From Eledone cirrhosa (lineage: Eukaryota), in the NCBI GenBank assembly GCA_964016885.1, contig OZ024742.1, positions 207,018,001-207,082,000 of the forward strand: a DNA stretch of 64,000 nucleotides. Direction: 5' to 3'. Under the pieces are notes generated by a model. The model was given only the letters and a program-made list of their open reading frames with translations. It searched no databases and was not told the DNA's origin. Positions within the stretch are counted from its first letter, which is position 1. Every line of letters begins with the position of its first letter. The position numbers and the translations under genes were made by a program. This document shows, piece after piece, positions 23,890 to 36,330 of the stretch.

Positions 23890-26275
23890 TTCATTTATTG
23901 GCTACAAGGGTCGACGTGTAGGGGACAATACAAAGACAGGGACAATGGGGTTTATAATAAGGTCGAGTAAAAGTGCACAATGGCAAGACTAATTTAACAA
24001 TGAAGATATAAAAAAATATAAAATAAACTATGCATAAATATAACAAAATAAATTCCCCTATAGGGGGAGGACAACCCAGGGATGACTCAGGTACTCCACC
24101 AATCCTCAACCAACCTGCGCTTCTAGGGCATCCAGGGAGAGCACCCCTCTCCTCAAGTTAGCTAGCCTGAAGGCGCATGGCCATTCACGCCACATTCATC
24201 CACCTTTCAGCAAATGTACTGGGGAGCAGCACTTCTCTCTCCAGCCTCACCTTCTTTTCTAGGTGAAACTTGAAGAAGCTGATGAGGGATTGGCCGAAGA
24301 GAAATGTATCTGTCTTCAGTCCTTTCAATGTGGTCCACCATATAACCTCTTTCGCAACGGCTACCAGACAGAGGAAAATTGCCTGCTCTTCCTGTCCAAA
24401 GGAAGGCGCGGGGTCGATGTTCACTATAGACTCGGCCGATAGCCGGATCCATCCTACATGCGACAGTAGCTGTTCGACATAACTCCACAAGTTAGCAATA
24501 CATGGACATTGGACAAGTGCGGAACGGTTTCGTTGTTCTGTGCGCATCTTGGGCAGGTCCGTCTGACAGCACTTCCATGCCTGTATAGTTTCTCCCAATC
24601 CGGCAGTGTCCCCCGGTAGCACTGCCAAGCAAGGGATTTCTGGAAATTGTCCATCGTCCCCAGCTCGAAAGTCCTCCGGTACAGACTGGTCAGTTCGACT
24701 TCGTCGAGGCCCAAAGCTTCTCCGAGTGCGTCATCGCACTTGCCCACCACTAATCCTCTATAGAACTCGAGAGTGGAAGTTCCAGTGATCGCATTGCCCG
24801 CTTGGTAGAGGGCAGTGAGTGCCTGGAAACATTCCAGGTGCTAGTCACCCAGTCTCGGTCACTTCTTGACCCAGGACTGCAGCTCAGTCAAATAAATGAG
24901 CTGCGGAAAGGCCCGTCTGATAAATGGCGACCACACCTGTTCACCGTTTAGGCGGAATATCTGGAGATGTCGCAGCCTCAGCGTATGTCTGCGCATCATT
25001 AACCACGGCATGCCCAGCCCTCCGCGTAGAGGGTGCTGGAATCAGATGGACTGCCTCAGCAACGGAACTTGTCCTTTTCACAAGAATTTGAAGAGGAGCC
25101 GTTCCAACTTGATGAGGCGTGGATGGGGGAAAGGCACGACGGTCAGGTGGTAGTAGATGACGGACGCGATGTACGCATTCGCCACCTCCGTGCAACCTTT
25201 CAGTCTTCTCCCTCTGTCCTTTTGATAACCAGAAGGGTAGTGTCTGTCCCTTCCTCGATTACGCATCCCAGGAGCCACCATATGTTCATTCCTGGTGGGA
25301 TCCTGGGAATGCGGACCTTTACTGTCCTTTTGCCCATGTAGGACGGGGGCATGATAATGCGTTCCATTCTGCAAGGGGTTACCGAGTGCTTAATAGCAAG
25401 GGCCTCGGTTTTGAACAGTACCGAGATGGTACCGAACTGCTTGGCCCTTGCTTTGTAATCGATGTCACTTCTGATGCACTGTAAAGTAGCCTTAACCTCT
25501 GCTTGGCTGGCGAGTTCCAATTTGCGTGTCTGCACTGAAATGCATCGAAAGTACACAGTCCTCCTTTGCATGGCCGCTATTGCCCCGTCCAGGATGGTCA
25601 AGTTTGCCCAGGACTTCTCCCGTTTAATTAAACTCCACGCCTGGGCTACCGGTTGCTCCTTATCGCTAATATCAACATTGAATAAGCGCTTTGTTTTCGC
25701 TGCTGCCGCTGCAAAGGTGGCGCCTCTGTTGCTCTTGTCTTTCTTGCTGTTGTTGTTGGTATTGTTGTTTTGTTTTGTTTGTTGTTGCTGTTGCCACCGC
25801 CATCAGTGTTTACATTGAGGCTGTCGGTGTTATTGTCGTTGTTGCTCTGAGTTGTTGTTGTGGTCGTGGCGGCGGTTGTGGTGGTGGTGATGTCGTTTTG
25901 AGATGGTACTGCTACTATCACAAAAGGGAGCGGATGTGATGGTAACTTTTGTGTTTTGCCTCCACATTCAGTGGAATGGACGACAGGCATGTCTGTAGTA
26001 GTAGTAATAGTTGTGATGAGATCTACAGTGGCTGTTTTTGAACTTTTGACCTGTACGTTGTTTCCCGTTTCAAAGTTTTTTCATGGGGGAGCGATTTTTT
26101 CGAAGTTTTTAAAATTAAATCTGAATAATATTGAGAGATCTCCCTTCCATGGAACCAAGGTGGGTACCTTTATGCTTCGTTAACGACAAGGAAATACAAA
26201 AAATAATACTTTAAAACAGCTTAAACTTACGAACCTTTTACGCCGCAGACTTGTACGTCTTCATACATGTGCGTC
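23890..26275 (-). mobile_element. Tx1 copy C (5'UTR and ORF1 N-half fused to the last ~1 kb of ORF2 and 3'UTR)
   Basis: ORF1 segment (RRTVYFRCISVQT...) joins ORF2 (LKG..EVANAYI) at ~25200 through a CTG microhomology. UTRs are homologous to copy E. Confidence 0.88.
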
Positions 26276-26299
26276 ATAATGATGATAATAATAATAATG

Positions 26300-29200
26300 C
26301 TTACTTTATTAACCACAAGGATTGACACAAAGTATAACATTAAGAATAACACAGGACAATACAAGACGGTACAAATAGGCATTTCTGCGTGTAAAAAAAA
26401 ACAAAAACATAGGATGTAATAAAAAGAGAAACAATGAAAAGTTCCCAACAGGGGGAGGGTGGATGGGTGGGTAGAAAGCACGTGGAGAAAGCCCCCAAAA
26501 AGCCACGGTTACCCTGACTGCTAGGGCAAGTGCCCTATTCCAGTTTTCCTCCTACAATGCTACAGGCACACTCTAAGGGCAGGCCCATTCACACAGGTCA
26601 TTCTTGCCTCTCTCACCCACCTTTCAACAAATTGGCTGGAAGGTAGCACTTCCCTCTCCACCCTGATTTTTTCAGGTGAAACCTGAAAAAGTTAATGAAG
26701 GAGTCACCGAAAAGGAAAGTACCCGTCTTCAACCCGTCAGATGCGCCCACCATGCGATCTCTTTTACCATGGCCACCAGGCAGATAAAAAATTCCTGCCC
26801 TTCCCGGCTAAAGGAAGGCGACAGGGCAATCCTCACGATGGACTAAGCTGATAGCCGGATACGTCCTACAAGCGACAGCAGGTGTTCGAAATAAACATAC
26901 AAGTCAGCAATTCTCAGACACTGGACGATTGCATGCCCTGCACGCATCTCGGACATGCCCGACTGTCGGCACTTCCATGCCTGTAGAGTTTATCCCGAAC
27001 TGGCAAACCTCCTCGGTAGCACTGCCAGGCCAGGGATTTCTGGAAGTTGTTCATGGGCCCCGGCCCGAAATTTCTCCCGAAGAGATTGGCTAGTTGATTT
27101 TTGTCGACGCCCAGAGTCTCCCCATAAACGTAGTCGCTCTTCCCCTCCATTAACCCTCTATAGAACGCCATGGTGGAGTTTCCACTGATATCATGGCCCA
27201 ACTGGTCGAGGGCTGTAAGCGCCTGTAGGCATTCCAGTTTACAAGCGCTCCCTCTCGGTCTTCGCTTGACCCAGGACTGCAGCTCCGTCAAGGAGACGAG
27301 CTGGGGAAACACGTGTCTAGCAAACGGCGACAACACCTGATCACCGTCGAGGAAGCGGTGGAGATGCCGTAGCAATTTAACCTGTCTCTCCAGGTGCCGA
27401 GCTGCAGGCCTACCGACCGACTTTTCCTGGTTGATCATTGCTAACGTCACTGCCTCGTATTCTCTTAGTTTGGTGCCGATCGCCTCGAGGTGTTTGGTGT
27501 TCGACATCACTACGGTGACGTCGTCTATATATCCTGACACGGTTCTTCAACATCCCAATTTTCTCAGGATCCCCTCGACCTCTCCTTTTTTTTGCAGTAA
27601 TGGCTTGAGAGTCAATACATACAGCAGGGACGAGAGGGGACATCCCTGGCGGGCCGAACGCATGATGTTGAACGGTTCCGAAAGGTAACAGTTCACTCTC
27701 ACCACAGAGAAGATGTCGCTGTGCATGACAGTGATCCAGCATCTGAAGACGGGCCCAAAACCAGTCGCCCTCAGGACTGCCGCCAGATAACGATGGTCGA
27801 GCCTATCGAAAGCTTTAGACTAATCTAAATTGATCCCTGGTACCCCACACTTACCAGGTTCCCTAGCTACCCTCTCCACGATGTATCGCATGAGGTGGAG
27901 GCTGTCGTGGATGGATCTATCTGGAATGGCACATGTCTGCGATTCTCTCACCAGACCACTGACGACAAGCGCCAAGTTCTTTGCTAGCACCTTGGCTAAA
28001 ATCTTGAATTCTGGGGCCTAAAAAGAATGGGCCTAAAATTATCTATGTCATCCCCTTTGTTCGGATCCTTTCTCAGCAGCGCCACAACTCCTCGGCTCAC
28101 AGAGCTGGGAATTCTCCCATTCTGCTGCCAGTTGCAGTAGACGTCTGCCAAGAGGTCGCCGAACAAGTCTGGTATGTAGGCATAAATCTCGTAGAGCAGA
28201 CCATCCAAACCTGATAATTTACACATTGTGCAGCCAGTCATTGCCTCCCGTACTTCAGAACTGGAAATTCTCCCATTCTGCTGCCAGTTGCAGTAGACAT
28301 CTGCCAAGAGGTACGCATAAAGCTCGTAGGGCAGACCATCCAAACCAGGCAATTTACACATTGTGCAGCCAGTCATTGCCTCCCGTACTTCAGTGGCTGT
28401 TATCGGCTTTTCGCAACACTCCGCCTCAGTGGCCGAAAGCCGTGGAAATCCGCCGAGGTAGGCACTAAAGTCCATCCCGTGATCCGGCACTCTACCGCCC
28501 CCGAACAGCTGGGCGAAGTCTCGCTGAAAAGACTCACACATTTTCCCGGGATCGAGTAAGATGTGGTCCGTTGTGGTCCACCAAGACTGGATCGTGGCTT
28601 TGTTGCCACGACGCGCCTCCGCCATTCGGGCCCATGGAACGGCTTTCATTCCCTCATGTCTGAGAGCACGCACCCTAGCTCTGACAACACAACCTTCGTG
28701 CTTTGCGTTGAAGAATTGGTCGAGGGCTAAGTTCGCCGCAAGCACGTCGGTCGCGATGCTTTTATTAAGCGCCTCGTCTAATTTGCTAACTAGTTCTCCC
28801 TCTGCTCTATTTTTCTCTTTACTAACGCCTTACTAAACCTAATGGTGTCTATTCTAATCGCTCTTTTCAGGGCAAACCACCATTTGTTGTTGACAAACGC
28901 CCCCGTCAACGCCCGCATAACTAGTTCGCTAATCCGGTCTCTGTAGGCTTTGCATGCTGTCAACGACGTGTGTAGCTTCCAGTAGCCGGGTCCCTGTCTA
29001 TGAAACCTATCTAAATCAACCACACAGATCACGAATTTGTGGTCCGGGTAGTCGACTATCTTGAATTGTGGACAACTTATGCTAGACCTATCTATTTCTC
29101 TACAAAATACGCTATCTAGATATGATATTGACGACCCGATGCGGTTTGTCCATGTCGACATTGGCACATTCCGAAAATCCAATCGGTACCTGTTAGACAG

Positions 29201-31010
29201 TTGAAATGGTCTGAGCAGCTTTGCGAGGCTTTTACACCTTCCTCCTCTATCCGCTAATCCCACACAGTCCCAGCGTGCATCTAAGATCCCGTTCCATTTC
29301 TCACTAACACTAAAGAGCGGGACGTTCCAAGAAAGGTCTCCAGACGTCGGAAGAAGTCAGGCCGTCCTGCTCCTGTCGGGGCATAGAGAGCCACTAGCCC
29401 GAAAGCTTGTCCTTCTCCGCTGCTCACGTCCAGCGCCATCAACTTACCTTCTGGGTCCAAGAAGACCGTATCTCGAGATCCAGACTTCTCCGAAACAACG
29501 CAGCCACTTCTCCTCCGATCCGGGACGGCTTGGAGATGTGTACACCTCCTAGCCGCCGAAAATGGGTGCGAATGCCCGTGCCTCGGAGATTCTGAACTCG
29601 CTGATGGGCACCACATCTATGTTTAGCGACCTGAGATCGTTGAGGAGATGACCCTGCTTCTAAGACAACCCCTCGCCATGAGCATTTATGCTGCCTATCC
29701 TGAGAGAAGCTATGTTGGCTAGGATAGGAGGAAAACAAGTAAGAAGGGAAAAGTAAAAAATAACTTTACCTGTGGCTCCTTTTTAGGAAGAGGGTGGGTA
29801 ATCCATCCCTCCGACCAGTGGCGGGTTTCACCACGAGAATGTCTGAGTATATTCTTTTAGTGATGTTCCCTAAGTTCCAATTGATGTGGGGGAATATTTT
29901 TTTCAATGCTATGCAATTTTTTGGGGTGACCGCCATCAGCCACGCGATCTCCACTGACGGCGGAATCTGTGTTACTCGGACCCTCACAACTCTCTGGCCG
30001 CAGTATGTGGACATTATTATTATTTCGTCACTGCGGAGTAGCGCAATGGAGTGTGCTCTGGCTTCTTCCGGTGTAGCGAAGAGCACATCCACATTGCCAT
30101 ACTTCGATCCTCGGGCTATGTCTATTTTCTGTGCCGAGACGGCACCCATAGCCCTTTGGACCTGCGACTCCGTTTCCCGTTCGACTCGGCGAGATTTTAG
30201 TCCAATTGTGCGATAACTGACCGAACACAAAAGCTTGTTTTTCATTATATTAGCTGAGTGGGTGAGACTTACCCTGTGTCCGCTCTTTTTTACCAAGATC
30301 TTGGCTTGCCTCATCTCCGTGTCGCTAACGTGTACATGTTCGACATTTTCTGTCGCTTTTGCGAATGATGTGGCTTCTGTTTGCTGTGTTGGTTCATCGT
30401 TACTCTTGCTTTTGTTGTTGTTGTTGTTGTTGGTGGTGGTGGTCTTGTTAGTTTTTTCTTCTGTTTTGCTGCTGTTACAGTTGTTGTTCTTTGCGTTCTT
30501 TGTGGATGTTGCTGTTGTTATTGTTGCTAAGATGGTGGTGATGCTGGCGTTTGGATTTTTCTTGCAAATGGGAACATTTTTTCGTAATAATTTGGCGCTG
30601 TGCTGCTGCTGATAATTTTAAAGTCTTTGTTGTTGGTGCTGCTGCTGTTGTCACTGCTACTGCCACTGTTACTGCTGTTGTGATCATTGCTAATGCTACT
30701 GTGGCTGCTGCTGTTTCTGTTGTTGTTACTTCTGTCTTGCGATTGGATGGAATCGGCTGTTCCACTTTCTGAATAATTCTGTTCTTCCCTGTGGACAATT
30801 TCTTTCGTTCGTCATGCTTTTTTTAAACAAAAAATTGAAGGGTATGATTGTAAATAAACACGAATTCAGCCCTTAAGGGTGCGAGATATAGTTTAAAAAC
30901 CACCTCCTTTGAAAGAGGGGTATAATATACTATAAAACAGTTTCAATGAACACCTGCAAAATCAACTGACTTACTCCGTCATAGTTACACACGAATTGAG
31001 AGATTCAGCA
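26300..31010 (-). mobile_element. Tx1 copy D (both termini, decayed, internal deletions and one duplication)
   Basis: ORF2 is highly similar to copy B with frameshifts. ORF1 (ATG 30815) lacks the knuckle region. AATAAA plus ATT tail. Confidence 0.92.
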
Positions 31011-31026
31011 CAATAATAATAATAAT

Positions 31027-33385
31027 GGTTTCATTTATTGGCCTCAAGGGCCAACATATAAGGAACAATACAAGGACACAGACAGTAGGAGTTTACAATA
31101 AGATTGAGTAAAAATGCACAAAAACAAAATCAATTTAACAATGAAGAAAAGATAAATATAAACTATGTATACAAATAACAAAATAAATTCCCCAATGGGG
31201 AGGGGGTGAACCACCCAGGGCCGACTTCGGTACTCCACCAATCCTGAACCACCCGAGCTTCTTGGGCACCCGAAGAGGGCACCCCTCTCCTCAAATTAAC
31301 CAGCCTTTAGGCGCATGGTCAGAGTAGGTCCACTCACACAACACCAACCTTTCTTTTGGGAACCTTTTCAAAAGTCTCGACGTAGGTTTCACGTTCGGGG
31401 TTCCCGCATCCTCTCGAATTCATTTGTAGGAATCGAGTGACATTTGCACCAGAAACAAATCTTCTGGCACGTGAAATGTGTTCGATTAAAAAATCTCCCC
31501 CTCTGTTTGAATTTCTTCACTTCGTGCTACGAGGGCCATCAATTTGTCGTTGGTCTTCTGTATGTTTTGTTGGTTTTGTATGTTTTGTTGGTGCGGCTTT
31601 ATTTATTTGTGTGACGTTGGTGGTGATGGTTTGGTTGGTATTGTTTCGGTTGTGCCTGGGTTTGTTGTGGGTGCGGTGCCTGCAATTTCAGGTGTTTGTG
31701 TGTTTATTTGTCCTTGTCTCTGTTTAGGATGTTTGCGTTTGGGGAATTGTGGGGATGGTAGTGCTTTGTGGAAGCTTTTTCTTTGTGTTTTCCTTTTTGA
31801 CGGATTTGGGTTTTCCCTCATCTTCACTACTGGAGGATGAGGGTCTTTGGCTGTAAGTGTATCTGTGTCTGTGTGTGCGTTTATGTTTTTGTCCATGTGT
31901 ATATTTTGAGTGGGGTGGGTGGTAGAGCTACCCCCGTTTTCCCCCTGGGTTGGTTTTGGTGTTGGTGGTGGTTCGACTGTTTTTGCTGTTGGTGGAACTT
32001 TCTGTCCCGGCACTGGCATTTGCAGCAAAGGAGGTTTGTTCCCCTCTGCATTTTTGAGCTGAGGGCAAAAGACTCGCAGATGCGTTTCTTCACCGCAGAC
32101 GAAGCAGTGCAGCCTTCTTCCCTCAGTAATTAACTGAATCGCTGTCCCGTCCTGCAGGCAGATAAAGTCAGGAATGTTATTTAACTCTTCTGGTTTTATT
32201 TGGAGAAGAATCTCCAAATACATCCAGGACCAGTCCTCTCTGTCAGTCTTTTTTTTAATATCTACGAGGATAGTGTCGGTACCCTCCTCGGTTACGCATC
32301 CCAGGATCCGCCATAGGTCCATTCCTGGTGGGATCTTAGGTATGTGGACCTTCACTGTTCTTTTGCCCATGTAAGATGGAGGCATAATGATGCGTTCCAT
32401 TCTGCAGGGTGCCATGAAGTGCTTCATAGCAAGGGCCTCGGTTTTGAACAGCACAGAGATGGTGCCAAACTCTCTGGCCCTTGCTTTGTATTGAAAGTCA
32501 TCGTTAATGCATTCCAAAGCAGCCTCGACTTCTGCCTGGCTGGCGAGTTCCGCCTTATGAGTTTGCACTGAAATACATCGAAAATGTAAAGTCCTCCTCT
32601 GCATAGCCGTTCTTGCTTAATCCGGGATGTTTAGGTTGGCTCAGGATTTCTCACGTTTAATTAATTTCCACTCCTAAGCAAACTATTGCTCCTTGTCTGT
32701 GATATCAACGTTAAAAACACGTTTTGTTTCAGCAGCCGCCGTCGCTGTGGATGTGCTGTTTTTGTTTAGTTTGTTGCTGCTCTCACTGTTGCTCTTGTTG
32801 TTAGTGTTGTCGTTCTTGCTGTTGTTTTCATTATTGCAGTTTTCAAATTATTGTTATTGTTGTTTTGTTTGTTGTTACTGCTGCTATCGTTATTAATGTT
32901 TTTATTGGGGCAGTTGATGTTGTTGTTTTTCTTATTTCTTGTTGTGGTACTAGCGGCAGTGGTGGTGACGGTGGTTGGTGGTGGTAAAGTAGAACGTTTA
33001 ATGTGTGATATGACTGTGGTCAGTGGTGCTGGATGTGAGAGAATTGTACATGTCTGTGGTGGTGGTGGTGGTGGTGGAGGTAATAGTAGTAGTAGTAGTG
33101 GTGGTGGTGGTGGTTCTTTTTGACCTTTTAAACTGCAAGTTGTTTACAGATTCAGGGTGAAATTCTTTCATGTTATTCTTTTTGAGAAAAAGTTTTTAAA
33201 AATATATCTGCATATTCGGGCCTAAAGCCCAAATATTGAAAGGTTTCCCTTCCTTGTGGCCAAGGTGGGTACCTTATGCTCCGTTATCACCCTCCCACAC
33301 AAAATAACACTTTAAAACAACTTAAAATTACGAACCTTTTCTCTTGCAGACTTGTAATGTCTTATCCTTTTAATACCAGCAGACT
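31027..33385 (-). mobile_element. Tx1 copy E: ORF1-only derivative lacking ORF2
   Basis: 5'UTR, ORF1 (ATG 33171), only ~15 terminal ORF2 codons (VSGPTLTMRLKAG*), then a 3'UTR homologous to copy C. Confidence 0.85.
31603..32604 (-). pseudogene. Tx1 ORF1 core of copy E (333-aa open segment)
   Basis: Aligns to the ORF1 of copies B and C; knuckle CFVCGEETHLRVFC. Flanking ORF1 parts contain stops. Confidence 0.85.
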
Positions 33386-33414
33386 AATTATACTACTACT
33401 ACTAATAATAATAA

Positions 33415-33620
33415 TTGTTTCTACTTTAGGCTCAAGGCCAGCAATTTGAGGGGGAAGGGAAAGTCGATTAAATCTACCCCAGTGCATTACTGGTAATTTA
33501 TTTTGTCAACCACGTAATGATGAAAGGCAAAGCTAAGCTCAGCGGGATTCTAACTCAGAACGCAAAGGGCCATAACTCTATGCTACAAAGCTTGGTGTCC
33601 AATGTTCTAACAATACTGCC
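33415..33620 (-). mobile_element. tRNA-derived SINE (family 1) whose (ATT)/(AGT) tail bounds the LINE array
   Basis: GGCAGTATTGTTAGA head, GAGTTAGAATCCC, CTTTGCCTTTCATC body, CCTAAAGTAGAAACAATTATT end. Confidence 0.82.
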
Positions 33621-33799
33621 TTATTATTCCAAAGTATAACAATAACAATTAATGTTATAGGAACAGTTAATTAAATTAGCAGGTTTTGAATTGAAATCAT
33701 CATTTTACATCTGCTCTCTATTTAGAAGGGAATTTTTGAGGCAGTATTTTGTGGCTGGATGGCCTTCCTAATGTCCACATTTTTAATTCTAAAAACTGT

Positions 33800-34090
33800 A
33801 TAGTCATGTGGCTTAGATGTTAGAACAGTGGTCTCATGATCTTATTGCCATGAGTTTGATTCACAGACCAGATGGCACCTTGTGTCTTTGAGAAAGACAT
33901 ATATCACATTGCTCCACTCCACTCAGCTCGAAAAATTGAGTTGTGGTGACACAACTGCCAAATTATACCGGCCATTGCCTTTTACTTGGACAACATTGGT
34001 GACATGGATAGGGGTGACAGCCAGTCTTTCACAAAATAACTTGTTTATATTTGCGAGCACATTTTGTGAGAATAATGTATAATGAAAGAC
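33800..34090 (+). mobile_element. Decayed CORE-like tRNA-derived SINE (family 2)
   Basis: GTGGCTTAGATGTTAGA A-box-like, GAGTTTGATTC B-box-like, and TGTGTCTTTGAG.AAG.CA...TTGCTCCA.TCCACTCAGCT core-like segment. Confidence 0.55.
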
Positions 34091-34974
34091 TGCTATGTTA
34101 TATCATGATAATATTTTTAAATGGTGGGCAATGGATTGACAGAATTGGTGAAGCAACATATATTATTATCACAAAATTATAATAATAACAGAAAAGTGAA
34201 CATAACAATGAATGTTGTATGAGTAGTAATGTTTACAAAGACTCTATCTAACCTTAATACCATTGTTTTAGATCCAGCACAAACAGAGAGAGATAGAGAG
34301 AAAAGGAAAGAAAGAAAGAGAGAGAGAGAGAGAAATGTACACATACACAAGCGCATGCCCATATACACAAAAAGGGGGAACAGACACACACACATAACCA
34401 CATATCAAACTACTTGCCAAACAAGTGCAACTGAGAAATGTAAATTCTATTTTACTGTTTCCCATCGATCTTTCCAACAAACACTGGGAGGAGTGGCGTA
34501 TTGTTGTTTACTTCGTTGCAAAACTGTGGAAATTTACACATTTTTAAAAGCAAAAACATTGTTTTTTTCCCTGCTGGATGCTCTTACTATTGCTAACCAT
34601 TCATCTGTGAACTGAGACTAGTATTAACTGTATCAGTTAGACAGATTGGTGAACGGAGAGGAACATGATTTTTTGCATAGGGATATAGTTTTGGGTAGAA
34701 CACATTACAATGTAATAACTTTAGCATTGTTTCAACTCTCTTAGACATAAGGTCAGTTGTCCATATGTGAGGAAAATTGAAATTAATGGATGTTTTATTA
34801 TATTTTTATGTACGTATGGTCCTTTAACTCCTGAGGGAGTTGCATGGGTGCTGTAGTGGCATACTGTGTTTCTTGGGTATTTAAAGCCTAGCAGAACCTA
34901 TTCATCTTCAGGTCTGAACAGAGCAGATTTCTTCCAGAGAACATTAGAGAGAGAGAGGAGGTTAAAAAGAGATA

Positions 34975-35112
34975 TGGAGGAAGAATCGACCCCAGTACAA
35001 GACTGGTACTTTTTCGAAAGGATGAAAGGGAAAGTTGGCAGTGGCAAGATTTGAACTCAAAGAGCCAGAACAAATACCGCAAAATTCTAACAACTTTGCC
35101 AATTCGCTGCCT
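34975..35112 (-). mobile_element. Partial SINE (family 1)
   Basis: GGCAGCGAATTGGC head, GAGTTCAAATC, CCTTTCATCCTTTCG..GTACCAG body. Confidence 0.7.
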
Positions 35113-35829
35113 TAATATATCTCAATAACCAATGTTAAAAAAGTCCTAAACTCATCACCCGTCTAACCCATGCTAGTGCGGAAAATGGACGTTAAATGAT
35201 GATGATGATGATGTAGGGGATTTTTTATTTCTTATTTTATTTTTCCCACTTAATTTTTCCATTTCTCGTTTCTGTTTTATCTTCTTTTTACTTTGTTCCT
35301 TTCTATCCAGCTTCCTATTTTCCCATTATTTTCCTTCCTTTATCTTTTATTCACTTCTTTCATTATGTCTCTCTACTTGTCTATCTCTCTGTTTGTCTAT
35401 CTGGCAGCAGTTGTCCATTAATTGTTTCTTATAAAAATATATAAAAATATAAATAAATAAATAAATAAAAAGATTTGATGGTGAATTATTAGTTATGCTA
35501 TTGTTAATCTAATTTGTTTATTGTGGAGCAGTTTATATTGGATATTGCTAGCAGAATAGACTGACTAACCTGAATGAATTCAGTGAAGTCATAACTAACA
35601 AGATATTTCTCAGTAAGCTGCAACTATATATCATCATGATGAGTTGTGGGGTGAATAAGTACAAAACTGTTATTATATTGTATGGTCCATTTTAACAACA
35701 TAACTATCTTTCTATGAAATTCAGTTAAATAATAAGTAGCAAGCTGAAATGATATCTAATTTGAATGAAGAAGATTTAATTGCAGTGTGTATGTAAGCAA
35801 TAAGCTCTGTATGTGTATACATATGTAGT

Positions 35830-36330
35830 GACCTACATTCCGAGGGCCCATGGATACATTCTCCGTACGTTGTTTGGCTCAGTTCAGCGAATCACTATCA
35901 GCGTAGGAGAATGTATCTCGACTTCCACCCACAGGGAAAAATTCCAGCGGCGATTCAAAAACCACTCTCTTGCTGCTTTGGACTCTGAAAGGTGAACACG
36001 CAATAATGTAACGGTGAGATTTTCACTTTGGCCTGTCGGCTGCCTCTGACCCGGCACAGCGCCTTTTCTTGACTTCTTAGAACTCTTAATTTTGTTTGGT
36101 CTTCTTTGACTTGTCAACTCAGCTTAACATTTGTGGTCAGTTGTAAATAAAGCTTGTAAAATATTATAAAGTCTCATAATATTATTTTCTACAAAGCCTA
36201 CAATGAACTACAACCTTTTCAACAAACATTCACTTTATGGTTAACTTTGCCTCTCTCTCACTTAACAAACATTACATTTCTCACTATAACAACCATGTTA
36301 ATCCCATCTAACTATTTCTTAAAAATACTT
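35830..36330 (-). mobile_element. Possible internally deleted Tc1/mariner remnant
   Basis: CpG-richer island with a frameshifted LN.PL(E/D)FF.LW motif resembling SPDLNPLDFFLWG. No TIRs recognised. Confidence 0.3.

Noticed and set aside
25190-25215. Internal Tx1 deletions as splicing products
   Set aside because: Junctions in copies C and D show short microhomologies rather than GT-AG boundaries.
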